A DNA stretch of 64,000 nucleotides, taken from the NCBI GenBank assembly GCA_012549035.1, contig GCA_012549035.1_4805.1; one strand, written 5' to 3'. A model generated the notes under the pieces. The model ran no database searches and was not told the origin of the DNA. It saw only the letters and a program-made list of their open reading frames with translations. Origin of the DNA: a phage. Both the position numbers and the translations under genes were made by a program. Every line of letters starts with the position of its first letter. The first letter of the stretch is position 1. This document shows, piece after piece, positions 36,133-45,573 of this stretch.

Positions 36133-36479
36133 CACACATTCTCCACGGGTCGACGAATGAGTTTGCGTAATCCTTCGGGCCAGACCTTCTTGATGACGGC
36201 CTTTGCTGGGCTGGATGAAAGCTTCTTCAGCTTCAATAGGACACATCCTTCATCACCGTTCGGTTGCACCTGGATAACGACTCGCGCTTGTCGGTCGATG
36301 ACCATGACATCGCCAATGCGAATGTCTTTTACCAACACGCCCATCTCCTTCGTGCCGGATACGCCATTGATGTGATCAAAACCTTTTCGCAGCGGCTTCA
36401 TCCTTTCTTCTCCTGCCATTTCTCTGACACGTTTCTTAATCTCTGCGCCAAACAACACTTCGTCTTTAACATGAGCCAT
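36132..36479 (-). CDS. hypothetical protein (115 aa)
   Basis: ORF in early operon. Confidence 0.5.
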   Translation of the reverse strand: MAHVKDEVLFGAEIKKRVREMAGEERMKPLRKGFDHINGVSGTKEMGVLVKDIRIGDVMVIDRQARVVIQVQPNGDEGCVLLKLKKLSSSPAKAVIKKVWPEGLRKLIRRPVENV

Positions 36480-36960
36480 GGTCGAGCACCTTATAAAGAA
36501 TGCAAGAAGGACTGCTGAACTCCCTTAATGCATAAGCCACGTTCAAGCTGCCAGGTTCTTTCTTTGCGTTTGTCACTTCCATGTATTGGCAACCGTTTAT
36601 GCTGTATCGCCTTACTACAACAGCATTGAAAATCTGACTGCCGTAATATACGCAAACAATAACGTCACCAACTTCTATCTTATCAGCCGGAACAGGCTTA
36701 AGGCGCGGCTTTTTATCAACATAAGTTTGAATAGGAACTCTTACGCAACGTGATTGATGGTGAATAGGTCTTGTTGCACCCTTGACGTTTCGCTTCAGTA
36801 ATTCATCGATGGCATAGTCGACATCATCACTTTTAAACTCATTCATGATAAAGTTTCTTACCTTTACACGAATGTTGACATCTGCCTCTGCACGTCTCAA
36901 TGCGTGTAAAATTTCTTCACACTCTTCTTTGTTTAACATTAAAGGGCGATGAATGATCAT
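36466..36960 (-). CDS. hypothetical protein (164 aa)
   Basis: RBS GAGGT 5 nt upstream of ATG. Confidence 0.55.
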   Translation of the reverse strand: MIIHRPLMLNKEECEEILHALRRAEADVNIRVKVRNFIMNEFKSDDVDYAIDELLKRNVKGATRPIHHQSRCVRVPIQTYVDKKPRLKPVPADKIEVGDVIVCVYYGSQIFNAVVVRRYSINGCQYMEVTNAKKEPGSLNVAYALREFSSPSCILYKVLDHGSC

Positions 36961-36962
36961 AA

Positions 36963-37118
36963 TTAACCTCTGATTTGTGACACAAAACGTTTATAGTGTT
37001 CTTTGGCCAGGACGCGTGCGCGCTCTTTCGTATGGCCGCTGGCTTCAAGTACGCGGCGAAGCTGCTTGATTGCGTCTGCCTTACTGATTTTATTATCGCT
37101 AAATTGATATTTATTCAT
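36963..37118 (-). CDS. small protein (51 aa)
   Basis: ATGA overlap with upstream stop and 2-nt gap to downstream ATG; MNKYQFSDNKISKADAIKQLRRVLEASGHTKERARVLAKEHYKRFVSQIRG. Confidence 0.4.
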   Translation of the reverse strand: MNKYQFSDNKISKADAIKQLRRVLEASGHTKERARVLAKEHYKRFVSQIRG

Positions 37119-37336
37119 GCTTCACAAGCCGCCTTAATTTGACGTGTAGTAACGATGACCACTTCACCAACCAGTGACTTGTCATCTTCTTTTACCGTAT
37201 CGATTCGAACGCGGTAGTGATTGCGACCGCGCAAATCGGTAAGGTATTCATCCAGCTCAAGGATGGTGCCTGCTCGCATATGTTGTCCTGATACCCAACG
37301 GATACGGTCGCCAGCCTTAAGGGTTTTCTTGCTCAT
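37115..37336 (-). CDS. hypothetical protein (73 aa)
   Basis: Internal ATG (MSKKTLKAGDRI) avoids overlap with 37344..37622. Confidence 0.45.
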   Translation of the reverse strand: MSKKTLKAGDRIRWVSGQHMRAGTILELDEYLTDLRGRNHYRVRIDTVKEDDKSLVGEVVIVTTRQIKAACEA

Positions 37337-37343
37337 CTTCAAC

Positions 37344-37622
37344 TCACTTATAATATTTAAACATAGCCGCGCAAAAGTCTTGCATGGCATTCTTAATTTG
37401 CTTCTTGAACAACGGATCATGCATCGTTTCAACATTCGTCTTAATCCGAACGTGACCGATAACATCAAACGCAGTCGCTGGCATCGGCTCATAGATTTCA
37501 TGATCGTTCAAGATTATGTCTAGCTTTGACTCAGAAATCACGGGATAATTCTTGCCAGCAGTAAATTGGTCATCAATAGATGATATGCACTTGACAAAGA
37601 ATACTTTGTATGTAGTAATCAT
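37344..37622 (-). CDS. hypothetical protein (92 aa)
   Basis: ORF in early operon. Confidence 0.5.
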   Translation of the reverse strand: MITTYKVFFVKCISSIDDQFTAGKNYPVISESKLDIILNDHEIYEPMPATAFDVIGHVRIKTNVETMHDPLFKKQIKNAMQDFCAAMFKYYK

Positions 37623-37828
37623 AGAGAATCCTTCGGGCCGCAGTAGCGCCCGTCCAGGTAGCGGTCGTATTGGATTAAAGCGAATGTTTTCAATGAAAGG
37701 TTACGGCGCTTAAACAGGTGACCCGTTGATGGATTCCGCTCGTGCGCCGTTGGATAAAGGCGTGTCAGGTAGTGGATGAGGACTTGTAAAGCCCTACGTT
37801 GCTTTGTTATTCTCCCTTGTGTATTCAT
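37619..37828 (-). CDS. hypothetical basic protein (69 aa)
   Basis: ATGA overlap with downstream gene start; lies in GC-rich, possibly structured region. Confidence 0.35.
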   Translation of the reverse strand: MNTQGRITKQRRALQVLIHYLTRLYPTAHERNPSTGHLFKRRNLSLKTFALIQYDRYLDGRYCGPKDSL

Positions 37829-38018
37829 GGCTGAATCTACCCTCTGTCAATATCCGGTCATGGATAACTATACCAGTACAGCGCAGGCGGTTGGCATTGC
37901 TTCTCGCCTTTGCTGCTTGATGAGGATTGAACAAGCCAAACAAACTAGCCTTAAACGCAAACTGGTAATATTTGATTAAGGTACTAAGTGCTAACTCAAT
38001 CCTGTCTAAATTAATCAT
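37794..38018 (-). CDS. hypothetical protein (74 aa)
   Basis: RBS GAGGTG 6 nt upstream of ATG 38018. Confidence 0.45.
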   Translation of the reverse strand: MINLDRIELALSTLIKYYQFAFKASLFGLFNPHQAAKARSNANRLRCTGIVIHDRILTEGRFSHEYTRENNKAT

Positions 38019-38057
38019 AATATCACCTCGTCAGAAAAGCAAATATTTTGATGATAA

Positions 38058-38705
38058 TTATCCTGTGGCCTGCATATTGCGTACATACTTCTGCTCTAAT
38101 GAATAGATGAAGTCGGCGACAGTCAATCCCTTCGTGTGCCATTCATACATGGTGAAGCCTGTATTCAGGAAATAGCCGCGCACCTTGTCCATCGCTTCAG
38201 CTTCCTCCATTGAAGCCATCAGCGCGGCGACGTTGTCATAAGAAGGCACAAATCCCTTCTTGCGTAGCGCATTGCGCAAATCTTTAGTTCTGAAGCCAAT
38301 CTTGCAAGGGTCATCGCGGCCCGTGGATGATGCAACCTTTGGAAGAGCAAGGAACTCTTTGAGGAACATTGCAATGTTCAAGTCGCCTGCATCATCAAGC
38401 TTCTGGATTCGGTTGCGACCGCGACCCTTGAATTCACTCGCACGAGGGTGAGCGCCAAAACAGTGCGCCCCTTCCAGTTTAGGGTCAATGATCATCACAT
38501 CTTTCCCAATGCGCAGCTCTACGTAGTAAAGATAAGACTCATCGACAAGCTTTGTGCGCTTGCAAGTGATTGAGTCCTTATCATAACCAAAGCCGCGCAA
38601 CACGGTTGAGATCATTCGGTTCATTTCTTCGCCGTGAACGTCACTTTCTTTGTTCAGTTCACCAAGATGTTGAAAGAATTTAGCGATGTTGATTGCTTTA
38701 TTCAT
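38058..38705 (-). CDS. hypothetical protein (215 aa)
   Basis: 1-nt overlap with helicase gene stop. Confidence 0.55.
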   Translation of the reverse strand: MNKAINIAKFFQHLGELNKESDVHGEEMNRMISTVLRGFGYDKDSITCKRTKLVDESYLYYVELRIGKDVMIIDPKLEGAHCFGAHPRASEFKGRGRNRIQKLDDAGDLNIAMFLKEFLALPKVASSTGRDDPCKIGFRTKDLRNALRKKGFVPSYDNVAALMASMEEAEAMDKVRGYFLNTGFTMYEWHTKGLTVADFIYSLEQKYVRNMQATG

Positions 38706-40375
38706 CAGAATTCATCCTTATCTCTTCCCAAAGAACGTTTACGCTCAATAACCTTCTTCAAGAATTCAATATCTTCAGGGTCAGACTCATCGCGGATAAG
38801 ATACGCTAAGATGGTCATCAAATCAGAAATGTATTCTCCTGCTTCATTCTTAATCAGCGGCGTAAAGTACCCGCGCTGGTTGCGATAGGTTGCAGGCTCA
38901 AAACCAAGCTTCGACATGTGCGGCGCAAGGGTACGAGAGAAAGGCGACTTGCCACACTTCGCTCTGAATCCCATAGCAATAGCGCCACTGGTGATGTGCC
39001 AGCGTCCGCTGTGATGTCGGTCATAAGGCGCGGTGATGACGACTTCAACAAGGTCGTTGTCGACCATCTCATCACGGATAACGCCGCGCGCACGTTCCAT
39101 TTCGTTCTTGCTGAACTCAGTAAGCATGCGAGATGTTTCACCAACAAACGCGTTATAGCCTGCTTCGCCGTGCTTCTCCATCCACGCAGCGCACTCAGCC
39201 ATAAGCTGCCAAACGTCTTCTTTCAAAGTGGAAAGGTCGGCTTGGAAGTCCTTAGACCAGTTCGGTTGCCCGTCCTTGTCAGCGAGTTGGCCAACAAAGA
39301 TAGGGTACACACGACGGTTGCCCGTGTCGTCACGCTGCATGCCTGCGTATTCGTTGCCGTCCATGATCGCAATCCACTGGCGTGGTTTAACCTGCGTATC
39401 TTCAAATTTGAAGTCCAGGTCATCTTCCGTCTTAGTCAGGAATGCTTTCATGTTTTCGATGTCGGCCTTTTTAAAGCCTGTCATCTCGCCAACGTTCGCG
39501 ATAATTGAGCGACCCGTGATAGCTCGCAAGAACGGGTTGAAGTTTTGCGCGGCTAAGTTCAACGGAATCGGTGTTGCGTGGCGGTCGTTCATAATAGCTT
39601 CGCAAAGCAGCTTGCTAAAATAACTCTTCCCTGCGTTCTGGCCGCCGATGAGCGCAATGGAGATTGGCGCTTGACAGCCAGGGTTGGTCAGGCGGTTGTA
39701 GAGCGATAGCCAAAAATACACACCGATTTGTCGGTTTAACTCTGTATCGAACGGTCGGAATAGCTCGATAAGGTATTTCTCGATGCGCGCAGTACCGTCC
39801 CATTCAGGCAGCTTCTTGTAGAAGAAGTCCATCAGGTCGTCGCGCTGATAACGCATGGCCCATTCCTTATAGGATTGAGCGACCTGACGTGAGTTTGGGT
39901 TGGACAACCCTGCTGCGTCGACAGCGGCAACTATCTCTGTGACTTCCAAGGTACGGTCAGTGAATGTTTCGCCGCGATGGTCGACTAAGCGCCCACGAAA
40001 AGTATCTTTGTGAGGGAATGGAACAACGCCACTTCCCTTATCAAACAACGCGTCGAACACCGCATAACGGTTCATGTCACTCGTCCGGTCTGCCTGTAGA
40101 ACGAAGTCATCTTTAGTCGGCTTGTAGTGAGGGAACTTGATTACCTGAAGTGAGGCGAGCAAGCGTGCTCTTTCAACCAAGTCTTCTTCACCGTAGCATT
40201 CCATGCGCTCTGAATCTTTTTCAACGGCTTTATGTTGAAGGCTGATTTTAGCTCTGGTGCCTTGCTGCTCTGCTGCCTGCATTTCTTCCGAAACACCTGC
40301 ATCTTGAATTTCGTCAAAGATTGCACCAAATTCATCACCTGTATCCTCTGGAAGATTGTCATTATTAATTGACAT
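38705..40375 (-). CDS. SF3-type NTPase / helicase (VirE / D5-like primase-associated)
   Basis: 556 aa; Walker A IALIGGQNAGKS and downstream architecture typical of phage/plasmid primase C-terminal helicase domains. Confidence 0.7.
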   Translation of the reverse strand: MSINNDNLPEDTGDEFGAIFDEIQDAGVSEEMQAAEQQGTRAKISLQHKAVEKDSERMECYGEEDLVERARLLASLQVIKFPHYKPTKDDFVLQADRTSDMNRYAVFDALFDKGSGVVPFPHKDTFRGRLVDHRGETFTDRTLEVTEIVAAVDAAGLSNPNSRQVAQSYKEWAMRYQRDDLMDFFYKKLPEWDGTARIEKYLIELFRPFDTELNRQIGVYFWLSLYNRLTNPGCQAPISIALIGGQNAGKSYFSKLLCEAIMNDRHATPIPLNLAAQNFNPFLRAITGRSIIANVGEMTGFKKADIENMKAFLTKTEDDLDFKFEDTQVKPRQWIAIMDGNEYAGMQRDDTGNRRVYPIFVGQLADKDGQPNWSKDFQADLSTLKEDVWQLMAECAAWMEKHGEAGYNAFVGETSRMLTEFSKNEMERARGVIRDEMVDNDLVEVVITAPYDRHHSGRWHITSGAIAMGFRAKCGKSPFSRTLAPHMSKLGFEPATYRNQRGYFTPLIKNEAGEYISDLMTILAYLIRDESDPEDIEFLKKVIERKRSLGRDKDEF

Positions 40376-40511
40376 TTAATCCTCCTGATACGGCTTTGTT
40401 ATATTGTTGCATGGATATATCCTTTCAGGGTGCGGTAAATAAACGCCAGAAATCTGGCGTTGTATATTAATATAGTAAAACTCAATTTAAAGCAATATAA
40501 CTGGTGAACTA

Positions 40512-40802
40512 TCAGCAAGGAAATTGGTTGGCGTATGCCTTTCTCAATTTGTTTACTGATTGAACAGCATGAAGGTATTGGCAATCGGTGAAGATGCGGC
40601 GCAAATGATCCATAGAAGACAGGTCATCGTTAGTAACCACCAGAATCTCTTCCGAAGGACAGCCAGCCTCTTTGGCAATCTCATTGAGATTTGCGCCACT
40701 AATTTCTTCAACACGTTTCACCTCATCGATACCGTAAACATCAACGGCAACTTCGATGTCGTCATCGCTGATATTTTCACCATAAAGAATTACAATATTC
40801 AT
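40512..40802 (-). CDS. hypothetical acidic protein (96 aa)
   Basis: ORF in replication-proximal part of minus operon. Confidence 0.45.
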   Translation of the reverse strand: MNIVILYGENISDDDIEVAVDVYGIDEVKRVEEISGANLNEIAKEAGCPSEEILVVTNDDLSSMDHLRRIFTDCQYLHAVQSVNKLRKAYANQFPC

Positions 40803-40921
40803 CCGCTCACCCCTGCCAAATAATATGCCATATCCAATACATATAATAGCCCCAGGATGATGACAAGGGAAATGATTAATGTGTATTTCTTTACGGCTTT
40901 CATAAGTATCTATACCTAAAT

Positions 40922-41185
40922 TTACTGTTGAGGATCACCAATGGAGTCTGTTGCATCCCATTCAACGCGTGCTGTACGTTCTGCTGGTGGACAACCTTCG
41001 CCAGCGTAAAGTTCCACAACACCTTCATGAGAGCGGCACTGGCACTCTACAAGGTCGCCATCCTCCCAGGCGCCTTCCTCCGCGTTGCGATGTTGCCGCA
41101 CCTTGATAACATCGCTCGCACAGTTAGGACAAGTCGAGAGATTGCTGGTAACGTTCCAGATGAACTCGTTACGGAAAGCACCCAT
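40922..41185 (-). CDS. hypothetical zinc-ribbon protein (87 aa)
   Basis: ATG 41185 with GAGGTG RBS; CPNC...CQC motif. Confidence 0.45.
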   Translation of the reverse strand: MGAFRNEFIWNVTSNLSTCPNCASDVIKVRQHRNAEEGAWEDGDLVECQCRSHEGVVELYAGEGCPPAERTARVEWDATDSIGDPQQ

Positions 41186-41186
41186 G

Positions 41187-41477
41187 CTACACCTCTTGAT
41201 CTCTTTGCTGTTGAATCGCGACTGAAGCTTCGTCAAAATTGACTGGCTCAACAGTGAACGTTGCGCTGACGGTAAGGTCTTTAATAGTCAGAAGTGTGTT
41301 GAATCGCTCGGCCTGAAGATTCATAGCGACATGCGTTGATACGTTAAGGATTGCACCAACAACTTCCTCCACTGCGTAGCCTGCAAACAAGGGGAGAATC
41401 TGGTTGACAAGCTTAAGCTCGTTTTCAACACGAAGCTTTTGTGCTTCTTCAACGGTCATCATTTTTGGTTCGTTCAT
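41187..41477 (-). CDS. hypothetical protein (96 aa)
   Basis: ATG 41477 with AAGGAA RBS. Confidence 0.45.
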   Translation of the reverse strand: MNEPKMMTVEEAQKLRVENELKLVNQILPLFAGYAVEEVVGAILNVSTHVAMNLQAERFNTLLTIKDLTVSATFTVEPVNFDEASVAIQQQRDQEV

Positions 41478-41481
41478 TTTT

Positions 41482-41628
41482 TTATTCCTTAACAAATTCA
41501 GAGTAGTGTTTGGCCGCAGCCGCTTGATGGTGAGCCATGACTCCTTGAAGGGTCGGAAGCTCTGCTGGTTTAGGTTCTAACGACTTTAACAGACATTCAA
41601 CCTCGATGTTCAATTCTTCGCTTTGCAT
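41482..41628 (-). CDS. small protein (48 aa)
   Basis: RBS AGAGGTG; stop overlaps RBS of downstream gene. Confidence 0.35.
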   Translation of the reverse strand: MQSEELNIEVECLLKSLEPKPAELPTLQGVMAHHQAAAAKHYSEFVKE

Positions 41629-41686
41629 GAATCACCTCTGCTTCAGTTCATAAAATGATTATAGTTGCTATGAAAATAAAAGCAAA

Positions 41687-42769
41687 CTATTTTATGCCAC
41701 CTGCACGACGATTTATCATGTCAAGTTGATTCTCAATATAAGGCATGACGATTGCTTCAACAAAAGCAGTCCAACCTTTCTTGCCTTCCCCTTTCCGGTG
41801 ACAGTCGTGGGCGCAACCGAACACAAATTCATGTTCTGCACCAGGGATAGGGCCGCGAAAGTAAGCGCCATACGGGTCGCCGTTGGTGTGCTCTTCACCC
41901 CAAGGACAGATTATGCGGCACTTGCCTGACATATTCTCGATGACGTCGCCATCAGACCCTTCACCCATCTTGTTGCGCGCTAGAATTTGCTGGGCTATTT
42001 TATACCAAACGGCATCATACTTGTATTCATCGACGTCAATTTGAATCTCACGCTTTTGCGGCATGACGACGTGAAAGCCAAATGCCTGACAAATGTCTTC
42101 GATGGTGTAGCGCAAGGAGTAGTCTGCATGGACAAGTCGGCAGCGGAACGGGTCGCCGTTCTCATCGACATATTTATAGGGGCCGTCGTGAGTCACACGC
42201 TTGTTATTGATGCACCCAGGAACACGGCCCACGCGCGTTACGTCTTTAATCGTGTTGTCGCCGCCCTTCTTGAGTACCATGTTAACGAAAGACCCAAGGA
42301 ACGCTTTGAACTGAATAAGATGGTCAATCGGTTCTTTAAAGAAGTACCAAAGCTGGTGGTTGTTCGGTGAAGTCTCGACGATGACAGTCGGCTTCAGTCG
42401 CTCAAAAAAGAATTCCAAATCTAAATCGCCTTTGGACCCTTTACCGTGACCGATGTCGTCGACCATCATCGCCATACCGTGACCAAAGGCCGACTCTGTA
42501 CGCCAGTATCGCATCTCACCCGTCTTTGGGTTGGGAGACTTACGCATTGAACTGATGCAAGCATAGCCGTTTTGGTGCTGCATGAGCGGCTTGCCCAACT
42601 TCCAAGGCTTAGGCCAGAAGCTGCTGTTAATCTTCTTGCCGCGCTCGTCAGTCTGCACCGTTGCTTCAGGAGCAAACACCGTCATGACGCGCTCATCTTC
42701 TGGGATGCCTCTTTGGAGTTCTGTTAAAAACTCTTCAATTATTTTTGCTTCTTCTCTTAAACTAGCCAT
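41687..42769 (-). CDS. putative DNA primase (primase-polymerase-like) with C-terminal zinc-binding motif
   Basis: 360 aa; motif VETSPNNHQLWYFF resembles the sGxGxH motif of archaeo-eukaryotic-type primases; C-terminal C/H cluster; upstream of SF3 helicase. Confidence 0.5.
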   Translation of the reverse strand: MASLREEAKIIEEFLTELQRGIPEDERVMTVFAPEATVQTDERGKKINSSFWPKPWKLGKPLMQHQNGYACISSMRKSPNPKTGEMRYWRTESAFGHGMAMMVDDIGHGKGSKGDLDLEFFFERLKPTVIVETSPNNHQLWYFFKEPIDHLIQFKAFLGSFVNMVLKKGGDNTIKDVTRVGRVPGCINNKRVTHDGPYKYVDENGDPFRCRLVHADYSLRYTIEDICQAFGFHVVMPQKREIQIDVDEYKYDAVWYKIAQQILARNKMGEGSDGDVIENMSGKCRIICPWGEEHTNGDPYGAYFRGPIPGAEHEFVFGCAHDCHRKGEGKKGWTAFVEAIVMPYIENQLDMINRRAGGIK

Positions 42770-42862
42770 CTTTCTTTCCTTTGGTGATCAATACCTGCAG
42801 TATAATATTGAGTGATACAAAGTCAACAATATTTACCATTTAGTTCACAATTTCGATTTACT

Positions 42863-42891
42863 TTGCTTTATACTATATCTGCAATTATACT
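42863..42891 (+). promoter_or_regulatory. sigma70-like promoter (TTGCTT-N17-TATACT)
   Basis: In AT-rich divergent region between primase-like (minus) and 42930 (plus) genes. Confidence 0.35.
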
Positions 42892-42929
42892 ATCAGAAAA
42901 TATTTCCGCACTAACAAAGGTCGCCTGAA

Positions 42930-43256
42930 ATGAACGAAAAAGAGACGAAGCAACGCGAACGTGCAACACACGTCGGAATCGTTGAGTCCTTCCTTAATAC
43001 AAGATTGAATTCAAGCCTAACAATCATGCGATTCCTGGGTCAACCAGACAGAATCAAATTTATTTTTGCCGCAAATCCGGTATCGCTGTACATCCCTGTT
43101 GAATCCATGGCGTACTTAGTGCGCGACGAGAAAGGATGGAAGATACCAAACACAACTGTTTTCTTCAGCCATGTTGATGGTGAGATGTTTGAACGAAAAG
43201 AAGATTGCCATTTTATTCCAGTATATCTGGACCTTGAAAGCGTAGTGGAGTTATAA
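42930..43256 (+). CDS. hypothetical protein (108 aa)
   Basis: First gene of plus-strand replication module. Confidence 0.55.
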   Translation: MNEKETKQRERATHVGIVESFLNTRLNSSLTIMRFLGQPDRIKFIFAANPVSLYIPVESMAYLVRDEKGWKIPNTTVFFSHVDGEMFERKEDCHFIPVYLDLESVVEL

Positions 43257-44440
43257 TGAACATTCCAGAATTTAATGATGAGCCAGTGATTCAGTTTAAC
43301 GCGCAACAAATCGACGCCATCGAGAAAGCCGTTGCATGGTACAAGCGATTGCAGGACGGTAAAACGACGAAGCGCGTGTTTTTCATCGCTGGCTATGCAG
43401 GAACTGGTAAAACCTCTATTGCTCGCGAGATTGTGCGCCGTTGTGTCGGTGAGTATGGAGCTATCTATATTGCGCCGACCGGAAAGGCTGCAAGCCGATT
43501 AAAGCAAAAAGGCTGTCGTGGCGCTAAGACCCTTCACCAGTTCATCTATAACGTGCGCGGCGTAAATGACGACAATGAGCCAATCTTTTCGAGAAAGTCA
43601 AAGCTGGATGAAAGGCCGCACCTTGTTGTACTCGATGAAGCGTCGATGGTTGGCGAGTGGGACACAGAGCGCCTTCTTGATCACCGCATCCCTGTCCTGG
43701 CATTAGGCGACATTGGACAAGTCCCTCCGGTAAAAGCCGCCGCCTACTTTACTGAAGATGCCGTTGACGTACTGTTAACAGAAATCATGCGGCAAGGGAA
43801 AGAGTCCAATATAATCCGCGCCTCCTTCTTCGTGCGCCAAGGCAACCGCCTTCCTCCGCGTGAATACGATGACGTCAAAGTATTGGCAGAATCGCCGCGC
43901 GTTACTGCATTGAAGAAATTCATGGGCGAAGATGATCAAATTATTTGCTCCTATAATAGCACCAAAGATAAATGGAATTCATTATTACGGCAAGTGAGCG
44001 GACGTATAACGCCAATGCCAGGAATCGGCGAGAAAGTTATTTGCACCTTCAACCAGCACGGGCCAGGATTCTGTAATGGCGAGCAAGGGATTGTTATTAG
44101 CTATGAGCCAGTGCCGGACTTTGAAAGGGATGAAGATGAGTCGAATGAAATAATGTATGTCAACTTGCGTTCATTGACTGATGGTAAAGATATAAAGGTA
44201 AAGATTAATCCTCTTTCCTTCTCTACTGATCAGGAAGTGCGCAAAGAAGCGCAACGTGCTGTTGGCGGGATGGACTACGGCTATGTCATCACGGTGCACA
44301 AATCGCAAGGCAGCGAGTGGGACAATGTGTGCGTGCTGGAAGAAATCTTGCGCGGCGTTCCGTACTCCAAGATGATGTACACCGCTATCACCCGTGCTAA
44401 GAAGAATCTGACCGTGTACCGTGATTTGAAAGCGCGTTAA
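43256..44440 (+). CDS. SF1 DNA helicase (Dda / RecD-like)
   Basis: 394 aa; Walker A FIAGYAGTGKTS, DEAS box VVLDEASMV, and C-terminal ITVHKSQGSEWD motif. Confidence 0.75.
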   Translation: MNIPEFNDEPVIQFNAQQIDAIEKAVAWYKRLQDGKTTKRVFFIAGYAGTGKTSIAREIVRRCVGEYGAIYIAPTGKAASRLKQKGCRGAKTLHQFIYNVRGVNDDNEPIFSRKSKLDERPHLVVLDEASMVGEWDTERLLDHRIPVLALGDIGQVPPVKAAAYFTEDAVDVLLTEIMRQGKESNIIRASFFVRQGNRLPPREYDDVKVLAESPRVTALKKFMGEDDQIICSYNSTKDKWNSLLRQVSGRITPMPGIGEKVICTFNQHGPGFCNGEQGIVISYEPVPDFERDEDESNEIMYVNLRSLTDGKDIKVKINPLSFSTDQEVRKEAQRAVGGMDYGYVITVHKSQGSEWDNVCVLEEILRGVPYSKMMYTAITRAKKNLTVYRDLKAR

Positions 44441-44593
44441 TGTTGACGTAAATTTACGAAAAATAAAACTGAAAATCAGTTTAATTAAAGTGGCATTGCC
44501 GCCATAGTTTTTAGTTGCTACTGGCGGCAACTGAAGGCATAATTAAGTTATCCCAAACGGGGAATATAAAATAAACTAATTTATTTAAGGACT

Positions 44594-45439
44594 GTGAATA
44601 TGGCCGAAGCAATCAAAGTATTATCTAAAGAAGAAAAACAAGCAGCCGCAGCAGAACGTCGTCGCGTGGCTGAAGAAAAACGCCTGGCTAAAAAGAAAGA
44701 AGCCGAAGAGAAACGCCAGAAGCGTGAGCAGGAAAAACAAGCCAAGCGTGAAGAAGCTGCGCTGAAACGCAAGCAGGCTGCTGATGAGAAGGCTCAGAAG
44801 CGTGCTGAAGAAGCAGCTAAGAAAGCTAAAGAGCGTGCAGAAAAGGCTGCTGCTAAGAAAGCAGAGCGTGAAGCCGCTAAAGCAGCAAAAGAAATCGAAA
44901 AGGCAAAGGCTAAAGAAGAAGCCAAGCGCCTGAAAGCTGAGCAGGCTGCGGCCAAGAAAGCAGAGCGTGATCAAGCCCGTGCTGCAGCGAAGGCCGAAAA
45001 AGAGAAGGCCAAAGAAGAAGCTAAAGCGAAACGCAAGGCAGAGCGTGAAGCTGCTAAGATTGCGGCGAAAGAAGCTGCAGAACAGCAGAAAGAACAGCGT
45101 AAGAAAGAAGCTGAAGAACGTCGCAAAGCCATCGCAGAACGTAAGGCTGCTAAAAAGGCAAACGGTCAGCGTCGTGCAAAAGCCACTCACTTCATCTACA
45201 CTGGCAATGGCCTGAGCCAGCCGCAAGAGCATTCCACTCGTGGACGCGTTCTGGCGGCGATCAAAGAAGGCGAAGTTGGCGTGGCGCAGTCTATCGATGA
45301 GCTGGGCGAAAAAGTTAAAGATCAACTGTTTGGCGCTTCCGTTCGCTCCTACCTGAGCAAGCTGGAAGAGATGGGCCACATCGAGTTTGTCGATGTTGAA
45401 TCCAACGACGATGCTGAAGACGGTGATCAAGCGGAATAA
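44594..45439 (+). CDS. K/E/A/R-rich charged-helix protein with globular C-terminal domain (281 aa)
   Basis: About 190 aa of AEEKR/AKKAE-type low complexity, then about 80-aa C-terminal domain; host-optimal codons. Confidence 0.6.
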   Translation: MNMAEAIKVLSKEEKQAAAAERRRVAEEKRLAKKKEAEEKRQKREQEKQAKREEAALKRKQAADEKAQKRAEEAAKKAKERAEKAAAKKAEREAAKAAKEIEKAKAKEEAKRLKAEQAAAKKAERDQARAAAKAEKEKAKEEAKAKRKAEREAAKIAAKEAAEQQKEQRKKEAEERRKAIAERKAAKKANGQRRAKATHFIYTGNGLSQPQEHSTRGRVLAAIKEGEVGVAQSIDELGEKVKDQLFGASVRSYLSKLEEMGHIEFVDVESNDDAEDGDQAE

Positions 45440-45467
45440 CCTGTAGGACGGTTATATAGCGGTAATT

Positions 45468-45494
45468 GACCCACACTTGTTGTGGGTCTTTTTT
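45468..45494 (+). terminator. intrinsic terminator
   Basis: GACCCACA-cttgt-TGTGGGTC followed by TTTTTT. Confidence 0.65.
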
Positions 45495-45573
45495 CGTCTG
45501 TACTAAATAGAAATGACTTGTTGCTGTAAAATAATTTAGCTATTATACTTCTCATATCACCCACAAAGGACAA

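Noticed and set aside
37623-37800. tRNA or other structured RNA in GC-rich stretch of the early operon
   Set aside because: No acceptor-stem/T-loop (GTTCRANYC) pattern found by eye, and the region is covered by a coupled ORF; cannot exclude without a tRNA scan.
44621-45430. 269-aa minus-strand ORF antisense to the K/E/A-rich gene
   Set aside because: Artefact of low-complexity GC-skewed codons on the sense strand (poly-Phe/Leu/Ser translation); no start context.
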